Source of the DNA: Mycolicibacterium smegmatis
GTDB lineage: Bacteria; Actinomycetota; Actinomycetes; Mycobacteriales; Mycobacteriaceae
Direction of reading: 5' to 3'
NCBI RefSeq assembly: GCF_001457595.1
Contig: NZ_LN831039.1
Location: forward strand, 4,950,001-4,982,000
DNA: 32,000 nucleotides
Within the stretch, counting starts at the first letter, position 1. Each line of letters opens with the position of its first letter. Below the pieces are notes generated by a model that worked only from the letters and a program-made list of their open reading frames with translations, ran no database searches and was not told the DNA's origin. A program made the position numbers and the translations under genes. This document shows, one piece after another, positions 9,123 through 19,199 of this stretch.

Positions 9123-10291
9123 TGCAGCCCCAGGAACTTCTGGATGTTGGTGCTCACGATCTTCACGGCGTTCTCCGGGCCGACCGCGTCGACCACGGTG
9201 GCCAGCGACTTCTCCGAGTATCCGAACGTGGACTCGTTGTGCGGGTAGTCGCTTGACCACATGACGTTGTCGACGCCGATGTCGTCGATGAGCCGCAGGC
9301 CCAGCGGGTCGACCATGAACGACGCACACATGTGCTTGTCCCAGTAGTGCCGGATGTCGTGCTGCAGTTCGTGGTTGAACATGTGCCGGTAGGAGGCCAA
9401 CATGTGCTCGGCGTCCTGCAGTGCCGTGGGCACCCACGCGATGCCGCCTTCGAACCAGCCGATCTTGAGCTCGGGATGGCGGTCGAGGATGCCGGAGAAC
9501 ACGTACTTGGCGAACTGCTCGCGGAACGAGTCGACGTTGACCATCATGCCCACCACGACGCTGTTGTTCTCACACGGCGTTTTGGGTGGGGTCTCCCCGA
9601 TGTGATGGCTGACCGGGATGCCCGACGCCTCGATCTCGTCCCACACGGCATCCATCGCGGTGCTGCCGTAGTCGTAGATGTTGCCCTCGTCGTCCTTACC
9701 GGGATTCAGCGGAAGCAAAAACGTCCGCAGGCCAAGGGATTTGAGCTGCTCGAGCGTGCTGCGCGTACCCGACGGATCCCACCAGTTGATCAGGCCGACG
9801 CCGTAGAAGTGGCCCTTGGACTCCTCCTGCAGGGCCGCGATGTGCTCGTTGTAGATGCGGAACACGCGCTCGCGGATGGCCTTGTCCGGGTAATGGAACA
9901 AGGCGAGTACAGCATTCGGGAACGCGAGTTCCTTGTCGATGCCGTCCTCTTTGAGTTCCCGCACGCGCGCGCTGATGTTGTTGGACGCGGCGCCGGCCAG
10001 ATCGTCGTACTGCATGAGCACGCGGCCGAAGTCACCTCCGGTCCACGCCTTGCCCTTCATGCCGACCATGTACGCGCCGTCCTCGTACCAGATGCGCGGC
10101 GCGGCGCCTTTGAGTTCCTCGGGGAACCGGTCGTAGAAGATGTCGTCGGCAACCGAGATGTGGTTGTCGGCCGAGAAGACCTCGGTGCCCTTGGGGAGGC
10201 TGGACAGTCCGTCCGGCGACGCGTGGCCTCTGCGGTGTTTGGGAGCGCCGAAACCTTCGGGCGGATAGAGGGTTTGAGTGGCGACGGACAT
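9119..10291 (-). CDS. Amidohydrolase family 2 (ACMSD-like TIM-barrel metal-dependent hydrolase)
   Basis: FSADNHISV near the N-terminus, IPVSHHIGETP, WSSDYPHNESTFGYSEKSL near the C-terminus. Confidence 0.82.
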   Translation of the reverse strand: MSVATQTLYPPEGFGAPKHRRGHASPDGLSSLPKGTEVFSADNHISVADDIFYDRFPEELKGAAPRIWYEDGAYMVGMKGKAWTGGDFGRVLMQYDDLAGAASNNISARVRELKEDGIDKELAFPNAVLALFHYPDKAIRERVFRIYNEHIAALQEESKGHFYGVGLINWWDPSGTRSTLEQLKSLGLRTFLLPLNPGKDDEGNIYDYGSTAMDAVWDEIEASGIPVSHHIGETPPKTPCENNSVVVGMMVNVDSFREQFAKYVFSGILDRHPELKIGWFEGGIAWVPTALQDAEHMLASYRHMFNHELQHDIRHYWDKHMCASFMVDPLGLRLIDDIGVDNVMWSSDYPHNESTFGYSEKSLATVVDAVGPENAVKIVSTNIQKFLGLQ

Positions 10292-10330
10292 CAGGGTGAC
10301 TCCAATCTGACTGGTGGGAGGCGTCGCGGA

Positions 10331-11563
10331 TCACCAGGCGACGGGAAGTTCGTACACGCCGTAGGCGAGCCGGTCGTGCTTGAACGGCACTTCCTCGAGC
10401 GGGATCGCCAGGCGCAGCGTCGGGATGCGGCGCAGCAGGGTGTGGAACACGATCTGCAGTTCGGCGCGCGCGAGCTGCTGGCCCACGCACTGGTGCCTGC
10501 CGTAACCGAAGCCGAGCTGCTGCCCGGCGTCGCGGGTCAGGTCCAGCTTGTCGGGCTCGGGGAACGCCTTGGCATCCCAGTTGGCCGGCACCAGGTCGAT
10601 GATGATGCCCTCGCCGGCCTTGATGGTCTCGCCGCCGATCTCGATGTCCTCGACCGCCACGCGGCGCTGCCCGGTCTGGATGATCGACAGGTAGCGCATG
10701 AGTTCCTCGACCGCGTTGGCGATCACCTTCGGATCCTCGGCATTGCGCAGGAAGTCGGCCTGTTCGGGATTTTCCAGCAGCGCGAGGATGCCGATGCCGA
10801 TCATGTTGGCCGTGGTCTCGTGCCCGGCGATCAGCAGGCCCGTGCCCAGCTGGGCGGCCTCCTTGACGCTGAGTTCACCGGCCGTGACGCGCTCGGCCAG
10901 ATCGGATACGGCGTCCTCGGCGGGCTCGGCCTGCTTCTTCTCGATCAGGTCGATCAGATACTGGTGCAGGCTCATCGCGCCCTTCTGCATGGCATCCGCG
11001 GCGGCGTAGCGGGCCAGGCCTGCGTTGGCGTGCTCCTGGAAGAACTCGTGGTCCTCGTATGGGACGCCGAGCATCTCGCTGATCACGACCGTGGGCACCG
11101 GCAGCGCGAGCTTGTCGACGATGTCCGCCGGCTGCGGTCCGGCGAGGATCGCGTCGATGCACTCGTCGGTGATCTTCTGGATGGCCGGACGCAGTCCCTC
11201 GACGCGCCGGAACGTGAACGGCTTGGACAGCATCCGGCGAAACCGGGTGTGCTCCTCGGCATCCGAGGTGAACACCGACCGCGGCCGCTTGTGCACCGTG
11301 GCCAGCATGTGCTCGTTCCAGTGTGGGAAGCCCGGACGACGGTCGTCCACGCTCACCCGGGAGTCGGCGAACAACGCCCGGGCCTCCTCGTGGCCGGTGA
11401 TGAGCCACGGCGTGCTGCCGTCCCAGATCCGCACGCGGGACAGGCCTTTGGCCTTGTTCATGTCCAGCATCTGTGGCGGCGGCGCGAACGGGCACGCGGC
11501 CGCGCGCTCCATGGGGTATCCGGGGATGTCGGTAGCGCTGGGCTGCGTCAGGGTCTCGGACAT
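10331..11563 (-). CDS. Cytochrome P450
   Basis: Heme-binding loop LGFGYGRHQCVGQQLARAELQIV; I-helix LLIAGHETTANMIGIG; EELMRYL. Start at ATG 11563 (MSETLTQPSATD). Confidence 0.93.
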   Translation of the reverse strand: MSETLTQPSATDIPGYPMERAAACPFAPPPQMLDMNKAKGLSRVRIWDGSTPWLITGHEEARALFADSRVSVDDRRPGFPHWNEHMLATVHKRPRSVFTSDAEEHTRFRRMLSKPFTFRRVEGLRPAIQKITDECIDAILAGPQPADIVDKLALPVPTVVISEMLGVPYEDHEFFQEHANAGLARYAAADAMQKGAMSLHQYLIDLIEKKQAEPAEDAVSDLAERVTAGELSVKEAAQLGTGLLIAGHETTANMIGIGILALLENPEQADFLRNAEDPKVIANAVEELMRYLSIIQTGQRRVAVEDIEIGGETIKAGEGIIIDLVPANWDAKAFPEPDKLDLTRDAGQQLGFGYGRHQCVGQQLARAELQIVFHTLLRRIPTLRLAIPLEEVPFKHDRLAYGVYELPVAW

Positions 11564-11595
11564 GTGTCGGTGTGTTCCTCTGGGATCGGTCTGTG

Positions 11596-11790
11596 TCAGT
11601 CGTGGATCTCGATGGCCAGGGCCGGGCAGGCCGCCGCTGCGCGACGCGCGTTGTCCTCCTGGTCGGGGTCGGGGCTGTCGTCGAGCAGCTCCACGACGCC
11701 GTCGTCGTCGCGCTGGTCGAACACCTCGCCCGCGTTGAGCACGCACTGTCCCGACGAGACGCACCTGTCCTGGTCGACGGAAACCTTCAC
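11596..11790 (-). CDS. Small 3Fe-4S-type ferredoxin, probable P450 redox partner
   Basis: 64 aa MKVSVDQDRCVSSGQCVLNAGEVF...RRAAAACPALAIEIHD; cysteine spacing CX5C ... CP. GTG start. Confidence 0.9.
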   Translation of the reverse strand: MKVSVDQDRCVSSGQCVLNAGEVFDQRDDDGVVELLDDSPDPDQEDNARRAAAACPALAIEIHD

Positions 11791-11793
11791 TGC

Positions 11794-12486
11794 TTACTCG
11801 TCTCCTCCGGTGACCGGCGCCAACCACAGGCCCACGATCGCGTCGATCAGGCCCGACGCCGCGCCCTGCCATGACGAACGCGCAACGGGTGCACTCTGGG
11901 CGAGGGCGCGTTCGCGGTCGGCGCAGCTGTGCATCAACAGGTTGCGCGCCATGATGTTTCGTTCGGCCCGGATCTCGGCGGGCAGCTCCGGCAGGCAGCT
12001 GTTCATTCCCTCGACGACCTGCACCAGCGACGGCGAGCTGAGGGCGTCACGCACCACGATGTCGTGGTAGGCCGGGTCGGTCATCACCTGCGCCGCGAAC
12101 CGCGCGTACCAGGTCGGGTTGCCAAGTGCGGCAAGGTGATCGGTCAGCGGGCGTACGAGGCAGCCGACCCAGCCACGCAGGTCGGTCGAGCCCTGCACCG
12201 AGTCGATCATCTGCTCACGCAGGTATTCGATCGGGCCGCGGTGCTTGTGCTCGATCGCGCGCACCAGGTCGGTCTTGGTGCCGAAGTGGTATCCCACCGC
12301 GGCGTTGTTGCCCTGCCCGGCAGCCTCGCTGACCTGGCGGTTGGACACCGCGAACACGCCGTGTTCGGCATAGAGCCGTTCGGCGGCCTTGAGGATGGCC
12401 TCTTGTGTGCTGCTGGCCCGGTCGGCCCGAGCCGACCGACTCGCTGTCCGGCTGGCTGTGGTCACCAGTCCAGTGAACCGGGTCAC
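11794..12486 (-). CDS. TetR family transcriptional regulator
   Basis: TQEAILKAAERLYAEHGVFAVSNRQVSEAAGQGNNAAVGYHFGTKTDLVRAIEHKH is a classic TetR HTH; GTG start. Confidence 0.87.
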   Translation of the reverse strand: MTRFTGLVTTASRTASRSARADRASSTQEAILKAAERLYAEHGVFAVSNRQVSEAAGQGNNAAVGYHFGTKTDLVRAIEHKHRGPIEYLREQMIDSVQGSTDLRGWVGCLVRPLTDHLAALGNPTWYARFAAQVMTDPAYHDIVVRDALSSPSLVQVVEGMNSCLPELPAEIRAERNIMARNLLMHSCADRERALAQSAPVARSSWQGAASGLIDAIVGLWLAPVTGGDE

Positions 12487-12596
12487 ATGCTTTAAGTCAA
12501 GCGATTGAATTATCTGAGCCCCCTTTCAAGCCCGCCGGCACTACGGTTGTTGGCGGCAAAACGGCGTTTGCGCGCCAAGATGCGTAGTCTCGGCGG

Positions 12597-13403
12597 TCAG
12601 TTCTTCTCTTTGCGGACGATCACCTTTCCCGCCACCGTCCCACCGTCGATGGGCAGGACCGTGCCGGTGACGTAGCGCGACCGGTCGGTGGCGAAGTACA
12701 GCGCGGCCTCGGCGACATCCTCGACCGTGCCTTCGCGTTTGAGCGGCCGGTCGGCCCGCATCTGGGCCCGGATGTTGGCCTCGAACTCCTCGATGCGTTG
12801 CCGGTCCTCCTCCGACGCGGATTTCGCCACGATCGCCGTGCGGATGTTGCCGGGTGCGATCGCGTTGACCCGGATCTCGTGATGCGCGAGCTCGATCGCG
12901 GCCGACTTGGTGAACTGGATGACCGCGGCCTTGGAGGCGCGGTAGGTCATCACGCCGCCGCCGGCCTGGATACCGCCGATCGAGGTGAGGTTGAGGATCG
13001 AACCGCCCCCGTTCTCGGCCATGTATCGGGCCGCCTCCCGCGTGCCCGCCATGACACCCAGCACGTTGACGCCCATGACCTTGTGGAAGTCGGCCAGGTC
13101 GTCGTCGAGGAAACGCCGGTGCATGGTGCCCGAGACGCCGGCGTTGTTGACCATGACGTGCAGTCCGCCGAAGCGTTCGACGCCGGCCGACACCAGCGCG
13201 GCGACCTGCTCCTGGTCTGCCACGTCGGTCGTGAGGAATTCGGTGTGCGCGCCGAGTTCCTCGGCGAGTGCGGTGCCGCGGTCCTTGTCGACGTCGCCGA
13301 TCATCACCTGCGCTCCCTCGGCGACGAACCGGCGGACCAGTCCCTCACCGAGCCCGGATGCGCCTCCGGTGACAACCGCCACCCGCCCGGCCAATTCGCT
13401 CAT
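12597..13403 (-). CDS. SDR family oxidoreductase
   Basis: MSELAGRVAVVTGGASGLGEGLVRRF, MVNNAGVSG, YRASK, YVTGTVLPIDGG. Confidence 0.87.
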   Translation of the reverse strand: MSELAGRVAVVTGGASGLGEGLVRRFVAEGAQVMIGDVDKDRGTALAEELGAHTEFLTTDVADQEQVAALVSAGVERFGGLHVMVNNAGVSGTMHRRFLDDDLADFHKVMGVNVLGVMAGTREAARYMAENGGGSILNLTSIGGIQAGGGVMTYRASKAAVIQFTKSAAIELAHHEIRVNAIAPGNIRTAIVAKSASEEDRQRIEEFEANIRAQMRADRPLKREGTVEDVAEAALYFATDRSRYVTGTVLPIDGGTVAGKVIVRKEKN

Positions 13404-14251
13404 GACACCTCTTTCAGGAAGTCCGACAGCAACCGGTTCACGGTGTCCGGTTGCTCGATCTGTGGGCAGTGCCCCGCGTCGGCGACGACGGTGCTTGTGG
13501 CTCCGCTGATCTGGGCCGCGATCTGTGCGGCCCACCCCGACGGCAGCAGCTTGTCCCGCTCCCCCTCGACGATCAGCACAGGTACGCCGATGCGCTCGTA
13601 GGCGCGGGCACTCGACGGCGCGGCGGGCGGTTCCAGACCCGGCCGACGGAACCTGGCCGCAGCCAGTGCCTCCCACGCTCCCGGCGCGATGCTCGACTCG
13701 TAGCGTCGGCGCACGTAGTCCTCGTCGGCCGGGTACGACGGATCGGCGAACAGCGCCGCCACGATGCGCCGCATGCCCTCCAAGGTCGCGTCGTAGTCGT
13801 ACAACGCAGCCATGTGCTCGTTGCGCTGGATCTCGCCGCCACCACAGATCGCCACGAGCGAGCGCACCGGCAGCAGTGGCGCATCCGAGGTGGTGTCGAC
13901 CAGCAGGTTGATCGCGCCCATCGAGTTGCCCACGAAATGCGCCGATTTCACGCCCATTTGGGCACAGAACCGCGCGATGTGCCGGATCCGCATGCCGCGG
14001 CCGTCGGTGAAGTCGACGACCTTGGCGCTGCCGCCGAACCCCAGCATGTCCGGGGCCAGCACGTGGTGGTCGGTAGCGAGCGCACCGATGGTGCGTTCCC
14101 AGCCGAGCTCGGCGCTGACCCCGAACTCGCCGCCGTGCAGCAGCACCACCGCATCACGTGCCGGGTCCCCGGCCTCCAGGTAGGCGGTGGTCAACCCGTC
14201 GACGACGATGGTCTTACGTTCGAAGTCCACAGCCACATCTGGCTCGTTCAC
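13400..14251 (-). CDS. Alpha/beta-fold hydrolase resembling meta-cleavage product hydrolases
   Basis: VVLLHGGEFGVSAELGWERTIGAL, VLAPDMLGFGGSAK, nucleophile elbow VGNSMGA, VPVLIVEGERDKLLP, DAGHCPQIEQP; GTG start at 14251 overlaps the upstream stop. Confidence 0.83.
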   Translation of the reverse strand: MNEPDVAVDFERKTIVVDGLTTAYLEAGDPARDAVVLLHGGEFGVSAELGWERTIGALATDHHVLAPDMLGFGGSAKVVDFTDGRGMRIRHIARFCAQMGVKSAHFVGNSMGAINLLVDTTSDAPLLPVRSLVAICGGGEIQRNEHMAALYDYDATLEGMRRIVAALFADPSYPADEDYVRRRYESSIAPGAWEALAAARFRRPGLEPPAAPSSARAYERIGVPVLIVEGERDKLLPSGWAAQIAAQISGATSTVVADAGHCPQIEQPDTVNRLLSDFLKEVS

Positions 14252-15246
14252 TTGATCGCGATCGGGTTGACCGGTGACCCCACGGCCCCGGTGACCCGCA
14301 ACGGCGGTGCGATGAGCTGGAATTCGTACACACCGTCGGCGGCGCAGTCGGCCGACAGCGCGGTGAGATCCCAGTACTCGCCGAGCATCAGGCCCATGTC
14401 GCGCAGGCACAGCATGTGCATCGGCAAGAACGTGCCCTCCACACCCGATGCCGGGTCGGGATCCTCGACCATGAGGTTGTCGGCGGCCACGGCCGCGACC
14501 TCGTGATCGTGCAGCCATGAGGCACACCGCCAGTCCAGACCGGATCCGGGTTCGGCCCCGTCGCCGGCGGACAGGAACCGTGTCCACCATCCGGTGTGCA
14601 CGACGACGATGTCCCCGCGCCTGATTTGCACGCCCTGTGCCGCGGCCACGGCGTCGAGTTCCTGTGGCGTGACGGGGTTTCCGGGTTCGAGGAACACCTC
14701 GGCGCCGCGGTGGCGCACGACGTCGAGCAGAACACCGCGGCTCGTGATGCCCTTGACGTCGACCTTGTCGATGCTGCAGTGGAACGCGCCGAAACTCGTG
14801 ACCGAATCGGCCGGGAAGCCGTTGTACAACCGGTCCTCGTAGTAGACGTGCGACAGCGCATCCCACTGCGTGGCCGCCTGCAACGGCATCACGATCATGT
14901 CGTCGTTGAACCGGAACGGGTTGTCCACGAAGAACTCACTGACCTGGTGCGCCACCGAGTTCAGCAACCACTGCGGCCCGTATTTGGTCAGGGTCGCGGC
15001 GTCGCCGCCGTCGACGGTCATCACGTGGGTGGGGTTCTGCCGGAACTGGAACGCGCCCTGCGGGCCCGCCGAGCCGAAGTCGGCACCGAGGGCGAACACC
15101 TTGCCCTGTTTCACCAGGGACGCGGCCTCGGCGACCTTGTCGGCCGTGATGAAGTTCAGCGTCCCCAGTTCGTCGGCCTCGCCCCACCGTCCCCAGTTGC
15201 AGACGTCGTGGGCGACGCGGCGGAAGTCCGTCATACTCGCGGGCAT
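14248..15246 (-). CDS. Cyclase family (kynurenine formamidase-like) metal-dependent hydrolase
   Basis: DDMIVMPLQAATQWDALSHVYYEDRLYNG, RGVLLDVVRHRG, RRGDIVVVHTGWW. Confidence 0.82.
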   Translation of the reverse strand: MPASMTDFRRVAHDVCNWGRWGEADELGTLNFITADKVAEAASLVKQGKVFALGADFGSAGPQGAFQFRQNPTHVMTVDGGDAATLTKYGPQWLLNSVAHQVSEFFVDNPFRFNDDMIVMPLQAATQWDALSHVYYEDRLYNGFPADSVTSFGAFHCSIDKVDVKGITSRGVLLDVVRHRGAEVFLEPGNPVTPQELDAVAAAQGVQIRRGDIVVVHTGWWTRFLSAGDGAEPGSGLDWRCASWLHDHEVAAVAADNLMVEDPDPASGVEGTFLPMHMLCLRDMGLMLGEYWDLTALSADCAADGVYEFQLIAPPLRVTGAVGSPVNPIAIK

Positions 15247-16083
15247 TCAGCTCTCCTGTGTGGCTCGGGTGGACTCGATCAGGGCGGTCTCGCGCTGGGC
15301 GATGATGCCGCCGTCGGCCCAGATCACCTGTCCGGTCACGTAACTGGCTGCCGCGCTGCCCAAAAACACCAGCAGCGCGGCCTGTTCGTCGGGCTCGGAG
15401 TTGCGGCCGAGCGGCGTGGTGAACGAGTCGAGGTACTGCTGGCCGTACGCCGAGCGCAGCTGATCGAGGATCGGCGTGTCCGTCACCCCCGGCCCGGTGC
15501 AGTTGACGCGGATCCCGCGGGCGCCGAGTTCTACGGCCTTCGACATGCCGTAGAGGATGATCGCCTCTTTCGACAGCCGGTAGCCGCCGTCGGCGAGCGC
15601 GTCGGGGTTCTCGGCGCACCACCGCAGTCCCTCGTCCACCGACCCGGTGCTGACCAGACCCGCTATCACCGCGCGGTTCTCGCGGTACGACGACGCGGCC
15701 AACGACGACACCGACGTGATCGACCCGCCGACGGCGATGCGGTCCACGAGTGCCTCGGTGAACTGGCGGGTGCCCAGGAAGTTGATCCGGACCACGAGCA
15801 GCGGGTTGCCGATGCCCGAGGACACCCCGGCCACGTTGAACAGCGCGTGCACCGGCCCGTCGATCGCGGCCGCGGCTGCGTCCACGGAGTCCGGGTCGGC
15901 GAGGTCCATTTCGCAGAACGCGTCCGGCCCGGCGCCGGAATCCGGCGCGCGCAGGTCCAGCCCGGTGACGCGCGCACCGAGGCAGCGGAGTTGATCGGTC
16001 ACCTTCGCGCCGATCCCCGAGGAACAGCCCGTGACGACGACGTGCCTACCGTCGTAGCGCACCAGCGCGTCGAGTGCGGCCAC
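15247..16083 (-). CDS. SDR family oxidoreductase (hydroxysteroid dehydrogenase-like)
   Basis: HVVVTGCSSGIGAKVTDQL, LFNVAGVSSG, YRLSKEAIILYGMSK, YVTGQVIWADGG. Confidence 0.82.
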   Translation of the reverse strand: MAALDALVRYDGRHVVVTGCSSGIGAKVTDQLRCLGARVTGLDLRAPDSGAGPDAFCEMDLADPDSVDAAAAAIDGPVHALFNVAGVSSGIGNPLLVVRINFLGTRQFTEALVDRIAVGGSITSVSSLAASSYRENRAVIAGLVSTGSVDEGLRWCAENPDALADGGYRLSKEAIILYGMSKAVELGARGIRVNCTGPGVTDTPILDQLRSAYGQQYLDSFTTPLGRNSEPDEQAALLVFLGSAAASYVTGQVIWADGGIIAQRETALIESTRATQES

Positions 16084-16086
16084 CGC

Positions 16087-17397
16087 TCAGCCGGCAGCTT
16101 CGCGCGCGGCCTTCTCGGCCTGCGCGGCCTTGACGCGGCCCTCGTTGATCTCGGCCATGGCCTCGGGGATCTCACCCGCGGTGAACTTGCCACCCCGCCC
16201 GGTGGGCAGGCCGCCGAACGCGTAGGTCTCGTCGAACAGCGGTGCGTCCGAACCCTGCCTGCGCGACTCGACCTTCTCGACCACGGGCTCCAGGCGCTCG
16301 GCCTTGTCCTTGACCGCTTTTTCGTCGCGTTCGATGAACTCCGGCAGGATCTCCTTGCCCATGATCTCGATGGACTCCATGGTGCCCTCGTGGCTGCGCG
16401 GGTTCAGCAGCAGGATGATCTCGTCGACCCCACTGGCCTCGTAACCACGCAGGAACTCGCGCACCGTCTCGGGTGAACCGATCGCACCGCGGCCGGGTCC
16501 GTAGGCGAGCGTCGGATCGTCGGCGACCGCCTGCTCGTAACGCTCCCACACCTTGGTGCGGCCGGGCGTGTGCATACCGGTCAGGTAGTAGTGCATGATG
16601 CCGAACGAGAAGAAGCCTCCGCCGATGCCGAGCCGCTTGAGCGCTTCCTCGTCGGTGCGGGCCACCATCATCGACAGGTCGCCGCCGATCGCGAGGATGT
16701 TGGGGTTGATGGCAGGCGTGACGGGCGCGCCCTGCTCCTCGAATTCCTTGTAGTAGCCGTCCACACGTTCCTTGAGTGCCTCGGGGCCCGTGTAGGCGAA
16801 ACTCAGTGCGCCGATGGCTTTCTGGGCGGCCATCTGCACCGACGACGGACGCGTGCACGCCACCCACACCGGCGGGTGCGGCTTCTGCAACGGCTTGGGA
16901 ACCACGTTGCGCGCGGGCATCTCGACGTGCTCGCCCTTGAACCCGCTGAACGGCTCCTCGACCATGCACCGGATCGCGACCTCGAGCGATTCCTCCCACT
17001 GCGTGCGCTTGTCGGCCGGGTCGATGTTGAACCCGCCGAGCTCGGCGACCGACGATCCCTCACCCGTACCGAATTCGACACGGCCGTTGGACAGGTGGTC
17101 GAGCGTGGCGACACGTTCGGCGATGCGCGCGGGATGGTTGATCGGCGGCGGCAGGTGCATGACGCCGAAACCCAGCCGGATGTTCTCGGTGCGCTGGCTG
17201 GCCGCGGCCAGGAACATCTCGGGCGCCGTGGAATGGCAGTACTCCTCGAGGAAGTGGTGCTCGGTGAGCCACACCGTGGAGAACCCCGCCTTGTCCGCGA
17301 GTTCCACCTCGTCGAGGCCGTGCTGGAACAACTGGTGCTCGTCGTCCTCCGACCACGGCCGGGGCAGCGGGAACTCGTAGAACAGCGAAATCTTCAT
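16087..17397 (-). CDS. LLM class (luciferase-like) flavin-dependent oxidoreductase
   Basis: MKISLFYEFPLPRPW...GFSTVWLTEHHFLEEYCHSTAPEMFLAAASQRTENIRLGFGVMHLPPPINHPARIAERVATLDHLSNGRVEFGTGEG. Confidence 0.88.
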   Translation of the reverse strand: MKISLFYEFPLPRPWSEDDEHQLFQHGLDEVELADKAGFSTVWLTEHHFLEEYCHSTAPEMFLAAASQRTENIRLGFGVMHLPPPINHPARIAERVATLDHLSNGRVEFGTGEGSSVAELGGFNIDPADKRTQWEESLEVAIRCMVEEPFSGFKGEHVEMPARNVVPKPLQKPHPPVWVACTRPSSVQMAAQKAIGALSFAYTGPEALKERVDGYYKEFEEQGAPVTPAINPNILAIGGDLSMMVARTDEEALKRLGIGGGFFSFGIMHYYLTGMHTPGRTKVWERYEQAVADDPTLAYGPGRGAIGSPETVREFLRGYEASGVDEIILLLNPRSHEGTMESIEIMGKEILPEFIERDEKAVKDKAERLEPVVEKVESRRQGSDAPLFDETYAFGGLPTGRGGKFTAGEIPEAMAEINEGRVKAAQAEKAAREAAG

Positions 17398-17411
17398 ACT
17401 CTTGCTTCCTC

Positions 17412-19199
17412 CTAGGAAATCCGGTGCTGAAGTGCGTTGTCGAGGTGGGGCTTTGCGGCTTCACCGGCGACTTCACCGGCGGACTCACCCGCCGCTGCGT
17501 GTCTGGCCGCGACGTAACCGAAGGTCATGGCCGGGCCGATCGTGGCTCCTGCCCCTGCGTAGCTGCGCCCCATGACCGCGGCGGAGGCGTTGCCGACCGC
17601 GTACAGACCACTCACCACGGTCTCGTCGGAGCGCAGGACCCGGGCGAACTCGTCGGTGCGCAGGCCTCCCGATGTGCCCAGATCTCCGAGGATGATCTGG
17701 AACGCGTAGTACGGCGGCTTGCCGAGTGGGCGGAGATTCGGGTTCGGCAGCGTCGGGTCGCCGTAGTAGTTGTCATAGGCGCTGTCGCCACGGTTGAAGT
17801 CGTCGTCGTGCCCGGCGCGCGCGAGTTGGTCGAACCGTTCGGCCGTGGCGCGCAGATTCTGCGGCGGCACACCGATTTTCGTCGCCAGTTCCTCCATGGT
17901 GCGGCCCTCCTGGACCACACCGGAATCCAGCCAGGCCTGCGGCACCTTGCGGCCGGTGGGCACGGGCGCGAACGGGATCTTGGGGATCGGCAGGTGCCCG
18001 GCCACGACGTAGCGGTGGAACGAGTCGATGTCGGTGATGAGCCAGCACGGGATGTGCGTGACGCCGGACTGTTGTCCCTCGATCATGGCGTGCGCGAAAT
18101 CCATGTACGGCGCGGCCTCGTTGATGAAGCGCTTCCCCTCGCCGTTGACCACGAACTGCGACGGCATCATGCGTTCGTTGAGCATGAACTGAAGCCGTCC
18201 GTCGGGCCAGCAGATCGCCGGGAACCACCAGGCCTCGTCCAGCAGCTCGGTGGCGCCGCCGACTTTTTCGCCGGCGCGGATCCCGTCGCCGGTGGCCGCC
18301 GGATTGCCGAAGCTCCAGTCCTTCTCCAGGATCGGCAGGTACTGCCTGCGCCAGGCCATGTCGTGGTCGAAGCCTCCGGAGGCCAGGATCACGCCGCGCC
18401 GCGCCCCGATCCGCATCGGCGTGCCGTCACGCTCGACGACCGCGCCGATCACCGCACCGTCGTCGGCGGTGATCAGTTCGGTCATCGGCGAGTTCAGCCA
18501 CAGCGGGATGCCCTGCTCCTTGAGCGCCAGGCGCAGGCGCGCGGCCAGTGACTGTCCGATGGCGGCCATCCGGTCGCCGAACACCCGGGCCCGGAACATC
18601 CGCCAGATCAGCTTGAGCAGGACGGCTTTGCCGCGCCAGTTCTGCCGGATCTGGTAGAAGAGCCGCAGATCTTTCGGTGCGAACCAGATGCCTTTGGGCG
18701 CCAGTGCCAGTGGGGTCAACAGGTTGCGTTCCTCGTCACCGAGCTTGCGCAGGTCGATCGCGGGCACGTTGATGGTGCTGCCCAGCGCCGAGCCGCCGGG
18801 GAGTTCGGGATAGTAGTCGGCGTAGCCCGGTTTCCACACGAACTCCATCCAGTTGCTCGTGCGCTCGAGGAAATCCATCATCTCCGGCGCGGACTCGACG
18901 TACTGACGTAACCGTGCGTCGCTGACGAGGCCGCCGGTGATCTGCTTGAGATACTCGAACACCCCGTCAGGTGAGGGCACGTGGCCCTCGCGGCGCTGCG
19001 CGGGTGCACCCGGCACCCAGATGCCGCCGCCGGACAGAGCCGTGGAACCGCCGAACTGTGGTGATTTCTCGACCACGAGGGTGTCGAGACCCGATGCGAC
19101 GCCGGCCAGCGCGGCCGTCATCCCGCCACCACCGGACCCGATGACGAGCAGGTCGACGGTGTGGTCGAAACCGTCGGTGGGTGAGTTGGTCGATGTCAT
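17412..19199 (-). CDS. FAD-dependent oxidoreductase, 3-ketosteroid Delta1-dehydrogenase-like / FAD-binding fumarate reductase fold
   Basis: [50 protein letters not shown]; [38 protein letters not shown] at 19199. Confidence 0.87.
   Translation of the reverse strand: MTSTNSPTDGFDHTVDLLVIGSGGGGMTAALAGVASGLDTLVVEKSPQFGGSTALSGGGIWVPGAPAQRREGHVPSPDGVFEYLKQITGGLVSDARLRQYVESAPEMMDFLERTSNWMEFVWKPGYADYYPELPGGSALGSTINVPAIDLRKLGDEERNLLTPLALAPKGIWFAPKDLRLFYQIRQNWRGKAVLLKLIWRMFRARVFGDRMAAIGQSLAARLRLALKEQGIPLWLNSPMTELITADDGAVIGAVVERDGTPMRIGARRGVILASGGFDHDMAWRRQYLPILEKDWSFGNPAATGDGIRAGEKVGGATELLDEAWWFPAICWPDGRLQFMLNERMMPSQFVVNGEGKRFINEAAPYMDFAHAMIEGQQSGVTHIPCWLITDIDSFHRYVVAGHLPIPKIPFAPVPTGRKVPQAWLDSGVVQEGRTMEELATKIGVPPQNLRATAERFDQLARAGHDDDFNRGDSAYDNYYGDPTLPNPNLRPLGKPPYYAFQIILGDLGTSGGLRTDEFARVLRSDETVVSGLYAVGNASAAVMGRSYAGAGATIGPAMTFGYVAARHAAAGESAGEVAGEAAKPHLDNALQHRIS

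Noticed and set aside
9123-9437. N-terminal extension of the M24 ORF in the track
   Set aside because: Overlaps the C-terminus of the amidohydrolase and has no fold similarity. GTG at 9122, overlapping the upstream stop, is the better start.
9332-12070. 912-aa plus-strand ORF
   Set aside because: Lies antisense to the amidohydrolase, P450, ferredoxin and TetR genes, which all carry strong family motifs. The translation is Arg/Gly/Val/Asp-rich without recognisable domains, typical of a mirror ORF in high-GC DNA.
14596-16476. 626-aa plus-strand ORF
   Set aside because: Antisense to the cyclase, SDR and LLM genes; low-complexity high-GC shadow ORF with no motif support.
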